From an uncultured Chloroflexia bacterium (GTDB lineage Bacteria > Chloroflexota > Limnocylindria > Limnocylindrales > CSP1-4), in contig CAWFXA010000002.1 in assembly GCA_963819655.1 (NCBI GenBank), positions 480,001 through 544,000 of the forward strand: a stretch of DNA of 64,000 nt, given 5' to 3'. Both the position numbers and the translations under genes were made by a program. Shown here piece after piece: positions 31,901-41,592 of this stretch. The first letter of the stretch is position 1, and each line of letters opens with the position of its first letter. Under the pieces are notes generated by a model, which was not told the DNA's origin, searched no databases, and was given only the letters and a program-made list of their open reading frames with translations.

Positions 31901-32688
31901 TGAGCGGTCTCGTGGCTGCCGTGCGGACCGAGATGCTGAAGGCGCGGCGCTCGCGCATCCCGTGGGGCGTAGCCATCGGCTTCTCGCTTGCGCCTCTTGT
32001 CATGGGCCTGTTCATGGTCATCCTGAAAGACCCCGAACGAGCCCGAACGCTGGGGCTGCTGGGCGCGAAGGCGCAGCTAACCGCGGGGACCGCCGATTGG
32101 CAGACGTACCTCAACCTGCTCGGCCAGGCGGTAGCGGTCGGCGGGGCGATCCTGTTCGCATTCCTGACCGCGTGGGTCTTTGGACGCGAGTTCGCGGATA
32201 AGACCGTTCGTGGACTGCTCGCCAATCCGACGTCAAGGGGCACGATCGTGCTCGCCAAGGCGATCGTTGTGGCGACCTGGGGTCTCGTGATTACTGCCTG
32301 GGTCCTGGCACTCGGACTACTCATCGGTGTCCTGGTGGATATTCCGGGTTGGTCGTCATCCGGTGGGATGGCGACCGTGATGGCCATCGCGCTCGCCGCG
32401 TTCCTGACGATCGCCTTGCAGGGTTGGGCAGCGTGCTTCGCCAGTATCGGCCGCGGCTACATCGCGCCACTCGCTTGGACTGTGGCGATGGTCGCGCTAT
32501 CCCAGATCCTGACTGTCCTCGGATGGGGTACGTGGTTTCCGTGGGCCGTGCCAGCGCTGCTTACCGGAGCTGGCGGTGCGGCAGTTGAGCCGGTGAGGGC
32601 TGCCGGCGTGATCCTGGTGCTCATCGCCGCGACAGCTGGACTCCAAGCCACGATCACTTGGTGGGGCCACGCAGATCAGACCGGATAA
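31900..32688 (+). CDS. ABC-2 type permease
   Basis: EMLKARRS start, WVFGREFADKT, several TM helices, TAATG coupling. Confidence 0.88.
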   Translation: MSGLVAAVRTEMLKARRSRIPWGVAIGFSLAPLVMGLFMVILKDPERARTLGLLGAKAQLTAGTADWQTYLNLLGQAVAVGGAILFAFLTAWVFGREFADKTVRGLLANPTSRGTIVLAKAIVVATWGLVITAWVLALGLLIGVLVDIPGWSSSGGMATVMAIALAAFLTIALQGWAACFASIGRGYIAPLAWTVAMVALSQILTVLGWGTWFPWAVPALLTGAGGAAVEPVRAAGVILVLIAATAGLQATITWWGHADQTG

Positions 32689-32902
32689 GTAGTGGACGAA
32701 ACGAGGATCGAGGTCTCAGCGAACCAAGCCCTGGTATTCGACCGGCGAGACGTTGGTGTGTAGGGAGTTTCAGTCGGCTCAGGGGCGAGTGACGCCCAGG
32801 AAGACAGGTGAGCAGGTGAGCACGTCATCGAGGGTCTTGTGCATTCCACCGGAGGTGCCGTGCCTCACGGTGGATCGTCGCACCAGGCAGGAGCTGCGAA
32901 CC

Positions 32903-33226
32903 ATGTCAAAGGGACGCATCGCCTTCATCGACTACGTCGCATATGCGGGCACCCGGGGCCTCCGGGTCGGGCGCGTTTGGCTCCGTTGGCTCGACGGGTC
33001 TGCGCCGATCCCTGATCACGTTGTCCGTGTGTCCGGATCCGATCAGCCCGTCCTGATCCGGGCGGAGCTTGCCCCGGTGATGGTTCGAGAGCACGCCGCC
33101 CTCAGGGTCTGGGGGCTACGACTACCGCGCCGATTTCGACGCTTGACCATCGCCATTGCTGACGGGGGCCCTTGGCTCGCCTTCGTGGACGCGCGAGCAA
33201 CGCCGTTTGGGTGGCGTGCGCGATAG
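32903..33226 (+). CDS. hypothetical protein (107 aa)
   Basis: ATG preceded by AGGAG; no recognisable motif. Confidence 0.45.
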   Translation: MSKGRIAFIDYVAYAGTRGLRVGRVWLRWLDGSAPIPDHVVRVSGSDQPVLIRAELAPVMVREHAALRVWGLRLPRRFRRLTIAIADGGPWLAFVDARATPFGWRAR

Positions 33227-33238
33227 GTGCGGCCACAG

Positions 33239-33478
33239 ATGACGCAGCCTGCCTTGGCCATCTATCCCCGAACAGACCTGGAGTTCGTCGCGATGGTCTA
33301 CGCCCTGCTCGTCGACCATGCGGATCCGGCCGAACTGCAGGCGCGGCTCCGTGAGACCTACCCACTCGCGGTCGTGCGCCCGCGGGTGATCAGCTCCGAG
33401 CCAACGTCCTTGTGGTACGTCTACCGCGATGGGCGATGGAATCCCGATCTCCCGCCCGATGGCTTGCCGCCCGCATGA
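33239..33478 (+). CDS. hypothetical protein (79 aa)
   Basis: Protein-like composition; LQARLRETYPLAVVRPR...WYVYRDGRW. Confidence 0.6.
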   Translation: MTQPALAIYPRTDLEFVAMVYALLVDHADPAELQARLRETYPLAVVRPRVISSEPTSLWYVYRDGRWNPDLPPDGLPPA

Positions 33479-33545
33479 GTGGGAATGACCGTCCCGCGCT
33501 CGAAAGCGACTCCCCAACGATCCGAGGGGCAACTGTGGATCGACT

Positions 33546-33577
33546 CTTGACATTGGACCGACTCCAAGGTCTACGTT
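33546..33577 (+). promoter_or_regulatory. MerR-type promoter/operator
   Basis: TTGACA-19 nt spacer containing dyad TTGGA-N5-TCCAA-TACGTT; ATG 7 nt after -10. Confidence 0.8.
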
Positions 33578-33584
33578 TCGCGTC

Positions 33585-34673
33585 ATGGCAGTGACACCCG
33601 AGACCGGCTTCCTGGTCCTCGCCGATCTGACCGGCTACACCGCGTACCTCTCCGGGAGCGAGATCGAGCACGCGCCAGCCATCGCCGGCGACCTCCTGGA
33701 GACGATCGTCGGACGCCTGGAACCGCCGTTCCGATTGGTCAAGTTCGAGGGCGATGCGGCCTTCCTGTTCGTCGAGGACGGGCGCGCCGACGGGTCGTTG
33801 CTCCTCGACGCGATCGAAGCGGCATACCTCGCCTTCCGGCGTCGGCTGCGGAGCATCGACCAGGCGACGTCCTGCGACTGCAACTCGTGTCAGCTAGCGC
33901 CGAGGCTCGACCTCAAGGTGTTCGTCCACCACGGGGCCTTCGTCTGGAGTCGCATCGCCGGGCGCGACGAGCTGGCGGGAACCGACGTCATCGTCGCGCA
34001 CCGGCTGCTGAAGGGCGCTGGCGCCGCGGAGGCGCGTGCCAACGGCTTCGCGCTGTTCACGGCCGCCGCCGTCGACGCTCTGGGTCTCGACGCCGATGCC
34101 CTGCAGCTCCGGGCGGGCGCGGAGGAGATCGAGCACCTCGGCCGGGTCGACACGTTCACGTTGGACCTCGAGACCCGCTGGCAGGACGAGAGCACCATGC
34201 GCCGGCTCGACATCGCCGACACCGATCTCGCCTTCGACATCGAGGCCACATTCACAGCAGACCCGTCGGTGATCTGGGCGCACCTGACGTCGCCCGCCCT
34301 CCGAACGCGTTGGGAAGGACCGATCGTCATCGAGGAGACGTCGGCCGGCGGGCGCCGCGGCGTGGGGACCACGGCCCAGTGCGTGACCGGACGGCTGGCG
34401 ACACTCGAGGAGATCGTCGACTGGCAGCCCTACGACCGCGTCGCCTGGCGGCTGGCGGTGCCAGGCGTCGGTCCGGTCGCGGCCACCGCGGATCTCGCCC
34501 CGGCCGAGAGCGGGACGCATCTCCGGCTTCGCTGGGGCTACCTGGGCCGAGGGCCCGCGGAGGCTGACGCGGTCGAGTTGTTGCGGGTCGACAAGGAGGC
34601 CGGATACGCGCGCCTCGCAACCGTCATCGCCGGCGACTTGCCGGTCGTCGAGCAGAGGGAGGTCGTGAGGTGA
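33585..34673 (+). CDS. DUF2652 (class III nucleotide cyclase-like) plus SRPBCC fusion protein
   Basis: LADLTGYT, KFEGDA, CDCNSC, KVFVHHG, GTDVIVAHRLLK; C-terminal IWAHLTSP...EEIVDWQP. Confidence 0.85.
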   Translation: MAVTPETGFLVLADLTGYTAYLSGSEIEHAPAIAGDLLETIVGRLEPPFRLVKFEGDAAFLFVEDGRADGSLLLDAIEAAYLAFRRRLRSIDQATSCDCNSCQLAPRLDLKVFVHHGAFVWSRIAGRDELAGTDVIVAHRLLKGAGAAEARANGFALFTAAAVDALGLDADALQLRAGAEEIEHLGRVDTFTLDLETRWQDESTMRRLDIADTDLAFDIEATFTADPSVIWAHLTSPALRTRWEGPIVIEETSAGGRRGVGTTAQCVTGRLATLEEIVDWQPYDRVAWRLAVPGVGPVAATADLAPAESGTHLRLRWGYLGRGPAEADAVELLRVDKEAGYARLATVIAGDLPVVEQREVVR

Positions 34674-35128
34674 TCCCGTTCCGGAGCGAACAGACGATTG
34701 ATCGATCGGCAATGGAGGTCTGGGAATACGCCGCCGACATCGACCGCCATCCGACATGGATGAGCGTGCTCGACGCACGCATCGTGGAAGGGCGGTCGAC
34801 GGAGGTCGGCGCCCGAGCGTTCGAGAACGTCAAGATCGGCCCACGACGACAGACCATCGAGTTTGAAGTCGCCGAGGCAGAGCCAGGACGTCGGCTCGCG
34901 TACCGTGTGCTGTCGGGCCCGATGCGCGGCCAGGTGGCGATGGACCTCGAGGCCACCGGGCCGGGGAGCACGAAGGTGGTCTGGGCCGGGTCGCTCGGCC
35001 TGACCGGGCTGATGCGGCTCCTCGAGCCGCTGTTTGCAGGCGAGATCCGAGCGGGTGAGGCCGCAGAGCTGGTCCGCCTCAAGGAGCGGCTCGAGGCGGC
35101 CCCGGCCGCGGCGACGGCGATGTCGTGA
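34670..35128 (+). CDS. SRPBCC/polyketide cyclase-like protein
   Basis: IDRSAMEVWEYAADIDRHPTWM, EAEPGRRLAY, LKERLE. Confidence 0.85.
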   Translation: MIPFRSEQTIDRSAMEVWEYAADIDRHPTWMSVLDARIVEGRSTEVGARAFENVKIGPRRQTIEFEVAEAEPGRRLAYRVLSGPMRGQVAMDLEATGPGSTKVVWAGSLGLTGLMRLLEPLFAGEIRAGEAAELVRLKERLEAAPAAATAMS

Positions 35129-35517
35129 CGACGTTGAGCAAGTTCCCGATCAGCGCCAGGGCCGCGGCCGTCGACCTCGGACGGGCGCGCCGCTGGTACG
35201 AGGAGAAGCTCGGCCTCGTGCCCGAGCACGAGGATCCGGGCGGCGTCTGGTATCGCTTCGGCGGCGAGACGTGGCTCTACCTGTACGGGACCCCATCAAC
35301 CGGGACGGCCCAGAACACCATCGCCGGCTGGGCAGTCAGGGACATCGAGTCGGTGATGGCCGGACGGCGCGAGCGTGGCGTGTCGTTCGAGGAGTACGAC
35401 CTCGGCGAGATCCAGATGGTCGATGGACTGGCCGACTTCGGGATAGCGAAGGCCGCCTGGTTCAAGGACAGCGAGGGCAACACGTACGAGTTGACGGAAG
35501 TCCGCCGGGACCCTTGA
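35125..35517 (+). CDS. VOC/glyoxalase family protein
   Basis: DLGRARRWYEEKLGL, WAVRDIE, RGVSFEEYD, AWFKDSEGN. Confidence 0.9.
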   Translation: MTTLSKFPISARAAAVDLGRARRWYEEKLGLVPEHEDPGGVWYRFGGETWLYLYGTPSTGTAQNTIAGWAVRDIESVMAGRRERGVSFEEYDLGEIQMVDGLADFGIAKAAWFKDSEGNTYELTEVRRDP

Positions 35518-35538
35518 CATCGGAGCCACTCCAAGGTT
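35513..35538 (+). promoter_or_regulatory. second MerR operator box upstream of merR
   Basis: CTTGACATCGGAGCCACTCCAAGGT, 22/25 identical to the box at 33546. Confidence 0.78.
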
Positions 35539-35548
35539 TGCTGCCCGC

Positions 35549-36013
35549 GTGAGGATCGGAGAACTCGCCGACGCGGTCGGCGTGTCGACGGACACGGTGC
35601 GCATCTACGAGCGTTCCGGATGGCCTCCGCGAGCGAGTCGGCGAGACAACGCGTACCGGGACTACGGGCCGGCCGACGTCGAACACCTGCGCCTGATCAT
35701 CGACCTGCGCCGCCTCGATCTGCCACTCGAGGATGCCGCCCGGATCGCGGGTTGGTGCCACTCTGGGCATTGCGTGGACTCGACCGCCACCCTGCCCCGC
35801 CTGATCGAAGAACGGCGCGCCGACGTTGCCGACCGGATCGTGAGGCTGCAGGCGCTGGACGCACGGCTGGCCGGACTGCTCGGGCATCTCGGGCGCCCAC
35901 GCCCTTCTCTCGCGGTGCTCGATGGTCCGTGTTGCGAGGCTGCCGACGTTGTCGTCGGAGCCGCCGAGGGCGGGTGTTCGTGCTGTTCAACCATGCCGGA
36001 GATGGCCAAGTAG
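35549..36013 (+). CDS. MerR family regulator with Cys-rich C-terminus
   Basis: MRIGELADAVGVSTDTVRIYE HTH; WCHSGHC, GPCC, CSCC. Confidence 0.9.
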   Translation: MRIGELADAVGVSTDTVRIYERSGWPPRASRRDNAYRDYGPADVEHLRLIIDLRRLDLPLEDAARIAGWCHSGHCVDSTATLPRLIEERRADVADRIVRLQALDARLAGLLGHLGRPRPSLAVLDGPCCEAADVVVGAAEGGCSCCSTMPEMAK

Positions 36014-36189
36014 GTCCAGCGGGCGTCGAATGTCCTTAGGTCAGGAGATCCGGCGATGACCAGCCGACCGGACCAAACCCGATCCGCCAGCCGCCCCGCC
36101 GACGGGCGTCCTTCGCACGCTCCTGGGACTGCCCGACCACCTCTATCTCGTGGCCGGTCGATCGCGTCTGGTACGTGTCCGGCGGGCCG

Positions 36190-37110
36190 TCATCCGGCCA
36201 GCTCGACGTACATCTCGGGAGACTCCCAGGGCATCACGTGGCCGACGCCATCGATCCTGCGGGAGCTCCAGCTGGGATGTGCCGCCTCGACCTCGTCGAT
36301 GAGACGCTGCGGGATCACCCGGTCGTCGGCACCCCAGAGCAGCATCGTCGGGGCGATGATCGAGTCGAGCGCCTTGCGAGTCCTGGCTTCATCGACGGTC
36401 AGCGCGCGGAGGACCGAGATGGCAGCGTCTACGGCTCCCTCGACGCGCCATGGGAGCACGAGGCGCCCGACCTCCTCTGCCGCGAGGGACAGCAGCTCGG
36501 GCGACATCCGGGACACCTCCGGCCCGAGGCGAGGGTCCCGATCATCCACCCGGCGACGCCACGCGTCGGCCTTCACGCGGAGACCGGCGCCAACAAGGAC
36601 ATCAGCAAACGGCCGCACGACGCGAAACCCGACACGCCATGCACCGGGGAACGGGGGCGGGTCGGGGAGGCCGGGCAGGGGCGCGGACGTGAGGACGAGG
36701 CGTTCGACACGATCGCGGACCCTTCCAGCGAGCAGGCCACCGACGAGGCCGCCCAGCGAATGCCCGTGCACGATCATGCGCTCGATCCGGAGCGCCGTGG
36801 TGAAGTCATCCAGGAACTCGGCGCCTTCGAAGGTGTCGCCAGCGCCACGCCGCAGCGGGCGGCTCCGGCCGGATCCCGGCAGGTCGGGTGCGATCACCAG
36901 CCCCTTCCGGGAGAGCGGGCCGATCACGTCCATCCACGACCAGGCGCCCGTGCTCATCGGGTGGACGAGCAGATGGATCTGACCGTTGACCTCGGTGCCG
37001 GCGCGCAGGTAGTGGACGCGGGTACCACCGATGTCCACGACCCTGCTGGTGATGCCCACCCACCGTGGCGTTCGTTGTCCCCAGTCGTATCCCGGCCCGA
37101 TCCGCATCAC
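36190..37110 (-). CDS. alpha/beta fold hydrolase
   Basis: APDLPGSGRS, GHSLGG nucleophile elbow, WGADDRVI, GVGHV. Confidence 0.88.
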   Translation of the reverse strand: MMRIGPGYDWGQRTPRWVGITSRVVDIGGTRVHYLRAGTEVNGQIHLLVHPMSTGAWSWMDVIGPLSRKGLVIAPDLPGSGRSRPLRRGAGDTFEGAEFLDDFTTALRIERMIVHGHSLGGLVGGLLAGRVRDRVERLVLTSAPLPGLPDPPPFPGAWRVGFRVVRPFADVLVGAGLRVKADAWRRRVDDRDPRLGPEVSRMSPELLSLAAEEVGRLVLPWRVEGAVDAAISVLRALTVDEARTRKALDSIIAPTMLLWGADDRVIPQRLIDEVEAAHPSWSSRRIDGVGHVMPWESPEMYVELAG

Positions 37111-37235
37111 GCAGGCAGCATACGGGCGCGATCGACTAGGGCGGCTGTGCCCTCCGGCCGCTCGTCGCCATGGTCCCGCAGGCCTAGCACGCCGGGCGAA
37201 TAGACCGCGCCAGCCGCCCACCCGACAATTCGCGG

Positions 37236-37613
37236 GTGAAGCTGTGCACGGTCTGTGGTGTCGTCACGAGCCGCGCGGGCAATCGGTGCAGGGAGCACGC
37301 CCGCCAGTCCAACCGCAGCCGGCACAACGCCCTCTACAGCACGCGGGCCTGGCAACGTCTCAGCGCCCGCGTCCTCCGTGCCTGGCGTGGCGAGCACGGC
37401 AACTGGTGCCCGGGCTACCAACGCAGCGCCCATCGTGCGGGCGATCTCACCGTCGATCACGTCACCTCGCTCGCTGCGGGCGGTGCGCCGTTCGACATCG
37501 CCAACTGCGCGGTGCTGTGCCGCTCTTGCAACTCGAGCAAGGGTGCGGCGACCGACCGGGGTGGGGTAGCCCATGTGGCGACGTCGATGCCCGCAGACCG
37601 CGCCCGGCGATAG
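37236..37613 (+). CDS. HNH endonuclease, phage-type
   Basis: CxxC..RC..H N-terminus, YSTRAWQRL, TVDHVTSLAAGG, NCAVLCRSCNSSKG. Confidence 0.85.
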   Translation: MKLCTVCGVVTSRAGNRCREHARQSNRSRHNALYSTRAWQRLSARVLRAWRGEHGNWCPGYQRSAHRAGDLTVDHVTSLAAGGAPFDIANCAVLCRSCNSSKGAATDRGGVAHVATSMPADRARR

Positions 37614-37786
37614 TGTGCGCACGGCCGAGTTTCGCGAACTGTCCCGGTCACTGATCGGAGATCGGGCGAGGTGCGCCCGTGGGCACCCACGTTGGCCCAC
37701 GTGCCGCGATGAGCCCGACCGTGGCCACACCCGCGGCCGAACGCAGAAGGGCCTCGCTGGCGCTCGAGGAGCTCGTTCATGTCACC

Positions 37787-37888
37787 TGGGGCGACGCTGC
37801 CGGTGCTCTTGTCATCGCGCTGATCATCGCCCGCGAGGGTTGGGCGTCCGTGCAGGTGGCCCGCTCGAACGCTTCACACAGGCCCTGA
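37787..37888 (+). pseudogene. cation transporter 3' fragment
   Basis: WGDAAGALVIALIIAREGW resembles the terminal W.D....LVI....REG helix of the family whose 5' part is at 28316. Confidence 0.55.
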
Positions 37889-37900
37889 GCGTGGCTGCGA

Positions 37901-37930
37901 TTGACCGAGATCCCCGTTCGGCCGTACACT
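37901..37930 (+). promoter_or_regulatory. sigma70 promoter of rplU-rpmA
   Basis: TTGACC-18 nt-TACACT. Confidence 0.65.
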
Positions 37931-38028
37931 CCACCGTCCGCGTCCCGGCTCCGCCGGGCGTCATCCCATGTCCGACAGCCCGATCGCTACGCGCGTCGCC
38001 CGCCGTCGTCAAGAAGTCCTGAGGATCC

Positions 38029-38757
38029 ATGTACGCAGTCATCGAGACCGGCGGAAAGCAGTATCGCGTCGAGGTCGGCACCGAGCTCGACGTCGAGCTG
38101 CTCGACGCTGAGCCCGGCAAGACCGTCACGCTCGCCCGCGTGTTGTTGGTCGCCGACGGAGACGACGCATCGATCGGTCGCCCGCTGGTCGAAGGCGCCG
38201 AGGTCAGCGCCGAGGTCGTCCGTCAGGGACGGGGCGAGAAGCTCATCGTCTTCAAGTACGGCCCGAAGACGCGACGCCGGGTCAAGAAGGGTCACCGCCA
38301 GGAGCTGACCACGCTCCGGATCAGCGACATCAGGCTGAACGGCAAGAGCGCCGCGAAGTCGGCTGCAAAGGCCGCCACGGATGCCAAGACCGAGCGTCAG
38401 CGCCTCGAGGAGGCCGCAGCCGCCCAGGCAGCGAAGGACGCCGAGCTCGCCGCGAAGCTCGCGGCGGCGACAAAGGCCGACGCGAGGAAGGCCGAGGCAA
38501 AGCCGAAGCCGACGGCAGCGGCCACGAAGGCCGAGGCGAAGACCGGGGCCAAGACCGAACCCAAGGCAGACACGAAGGCGGACACCAAGGCGACCGCTGC
38601 CAAGGCCGCACCTGCGAAGAAGCCCGCGACGCGAGCCAAGGCGGCAGGGGCCGCGGACGCCAAGGCAGCCACGAAGACGGACACCAAGGCGGCGGTTGCC
38701 AAGCCTGCCCCGAAGAAGCCGGCCGCCAAGCCGCGCGCCACAAAGAAGGACGAGTAG
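38029..38757 (+). CDS. rplU: 50S ribosomal protein L21 with long Ala/Lys-rich tail
   Basis: [23 protein letters not shown]. Confidence 0.97.
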   Translation: MYAVIETGGKQYRVEVGTELDVELLDAEPGKTVTLARVLLVADGDDASIGRPLVEGAEVSAEVVRQGRGEKLIVFKYGPKTRRRVKKGHRQELTTLRISDIRLNGKSAAKSAAKAATDAKTERQRLEEAAAAQAAKDAELAAKLAAATKADARKAEAKPKPTAAATKAEAKTGAKTEPKADTKADTKATAAKAAPAKKPATRAKAAGAADAKAATKTDTKAAVAKPAPKKPAAKPRATKKDE

Positions 38758-38761
38758 CGAG

Positions 38762-39037
38762 ATGGCTCACAAGAAGGCCGGCGGCAGCGTCAAGAATGGC
38801 CGCGACAGCGTCGGCCAGCGGCTCGGGGTGAAGATCGGCGACGGCCAGACCGTGAACGCCGGCGGGATCATCGTCCGCCAGCGTGGCATGACGTTCGCCG
38901 CGGGCCCAGGCACAGGCCTCGGCAAGGATTACACCGTGTTCGCGACCGTCACCGGGACGGTCAAGTTCGAGCACGCGACCAAGACCAAGAAGCGCATCCG
39001 GGTCGAGGCGGTCGAAGCCGCCCCGACGACCGCCTAG
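38762..39037 (+). CDS. rpmA: 50S ribosomal protein L27
   Basis: [23 protein letters not shown]. Confidence 0.98.
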   Translation: MAHKKAGGSVKNGRDSVGQRLGVKIGDGQTVNAGGIIVRQRGMTFAAGPGTGLGKDYTVFATVTGTVKFEHATKTKKRIRVEAVEAAPTTA

Positions 39038-39126
39038 GCCGCATCGGCGGCCTGGGACCGGAGTAGCCGGCGATCACCGGCTGGGCGATGGCCCGGCGCG
39101 GAAGACGTCGGAGGAGAAAAGAACTC

Positions 39127-39339
39127 GTGAAGCCCGACATCCATCCCAAGTACTACGAAGCGAAGGTCCACTGCGGCTCGTGCGGCCGCGAATGGACGGT
39201 CGGCTCGACCCGACCGGAGCTGCGCGTCGATGTGTGCAGCAACTGCCACCCGTTCTTCACGGGCACGCAGAACATCATCGACACCGCCGGACAGGTCGAG
39301 CGCTTCCAAAAGCGCCTGGACCGCCAGGTCCGCAGCTAG
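39127..39339 (+). CDS. rpmE: 50S ribosomal protein L31 (Zn-binding type)
   Basis: GTG start after GGAGGAG; KPDIHPKY, CGSC, CSNCHPFFTG, GQVERF. Confidence 0.97.
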   Translation: MKPDIHPKYYEAKVHCGSCGREWTVGSTRPELRVDVCSNCHPFFTGTQNIIDTAGQVERFQKRLDRQVRS

Positions 39340-39360
39340 ACGCACTCGGTTCGACACCTC

Positions 39361-39387
39361 GACGGCCGGCCTTTCGGGCCGGCCGTT
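39361..39387 (+). terminator. GC-rich hairpin after rpmE
   Basis: ACGGCCGGCC-TTTCG-GGCCGGCCGT. Confidence 0.65.
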
Positions 39388-39454
39388 CGGATTCCGGGTA
39401 CCGGTACCGATGGGCGGACCCTGTTCCCAGCCATCGCCGGTAGACTTGCCCGTG

Positions 39455-40494
39455 ATGTCAGCGCAACCGGCTCCGCTGGCGGCGGACGGCGGCCGTCGCG
39501 GCGGACCTCCCTCGTTCGCCTACGGAGGCCAGGCCCTCATGGAGGGCGTCCTCATGCGGGGTCGCAACGCGATCGCCGTCGCGCTGCGCCATCCGGACGG
39601 CCGGATCGTGACCTCCACTGAGCGTCTCGAGTCGCGGATGCATACCTCACGCGTCGCGAAATGGCCACTGGTCCGCGGCCTGGTCGTCCTCTACGAGACC
39701 CTGGTGATCGGCACGCGCTGGCTCATCCGCAGCGCCAACGTCCAGGCCGAGGACGACGACGTCCACCTCGGCAAAGGCACGATCCTCGTGACCCTCCTGA
39801 TCACGTTCGGGGTGGCCATCGCGGTCTTCAGCCTGCTGCCGCTGTTCGTGTCGAGCGTCGCCACGTCCGGCGCCAGCCAGGGCTGGGCGCAGCCGGCGCT
39901 CGAAGGTCTGATCCAGGTCGGGCTCTTCCTGGCGTACCTGACGTTCGTGTCGCGCACGCCGGACATCTTCCGGGTCTTCCAGTACCACGGCGCCGAGCAC
40001 ATGACGATCCACGCCCTCGAGGCCGGTGATCCGCTGACTGTGAACGAGGTCCGCAAGTACCCGACCGCCCACCCCCGCTGCGGCACCGAGTTCCTGGTGA
40101 TCCTCGTCCTGCTCTCGATCTTCGCCTTCTCGTTGGTCGGCAAGCAGGAGCCGCTCGTCATGGTCGCGAGCCGGTTCCTCGGCATCCCGGTCCTAGCGGC
40201 CGTGGGCTATGAGGTCCTCAAGCTCGGCGCGCGGTTCCGCCACATCCGGGTCGTGCGCGCGATCATGTTCCCCGGGATCCTCGTCCAGATGATCACGACG
40301 AAGCGTCCCACCGACGACATGATCGAGGTCGCCATCTCGTCGATGGAGGAAGCGCTCGAGGCCGACGGGAACCCGATCCCCGCGGGCTCGACGGTATTCG
40401 AGCGGCATCCGCTGGAGCTGCCGTCGACCGACGCCCCGCCCGAAGCGACCGATCCGGTCGTCGCCGCCAGCCCGGGCGAGCCACCAGCCCTCAC

Positions 40495-40498
<4 letters not shown>
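39455..40498 (+). CDS. DUF1385 membrane protein
   Basis: [27 protein letters not shown]; usual position between rpmE and prfA. Confidence 0.92.

Positions 40499-41578
<1,080 letters not shown>

Positions 41579-41592
<14 letters not shown>

Noticed and set aside
28600-37800. Integron cassette array
   Set aside because: No intI, no repeated attC-like sites, mixed gene orientation
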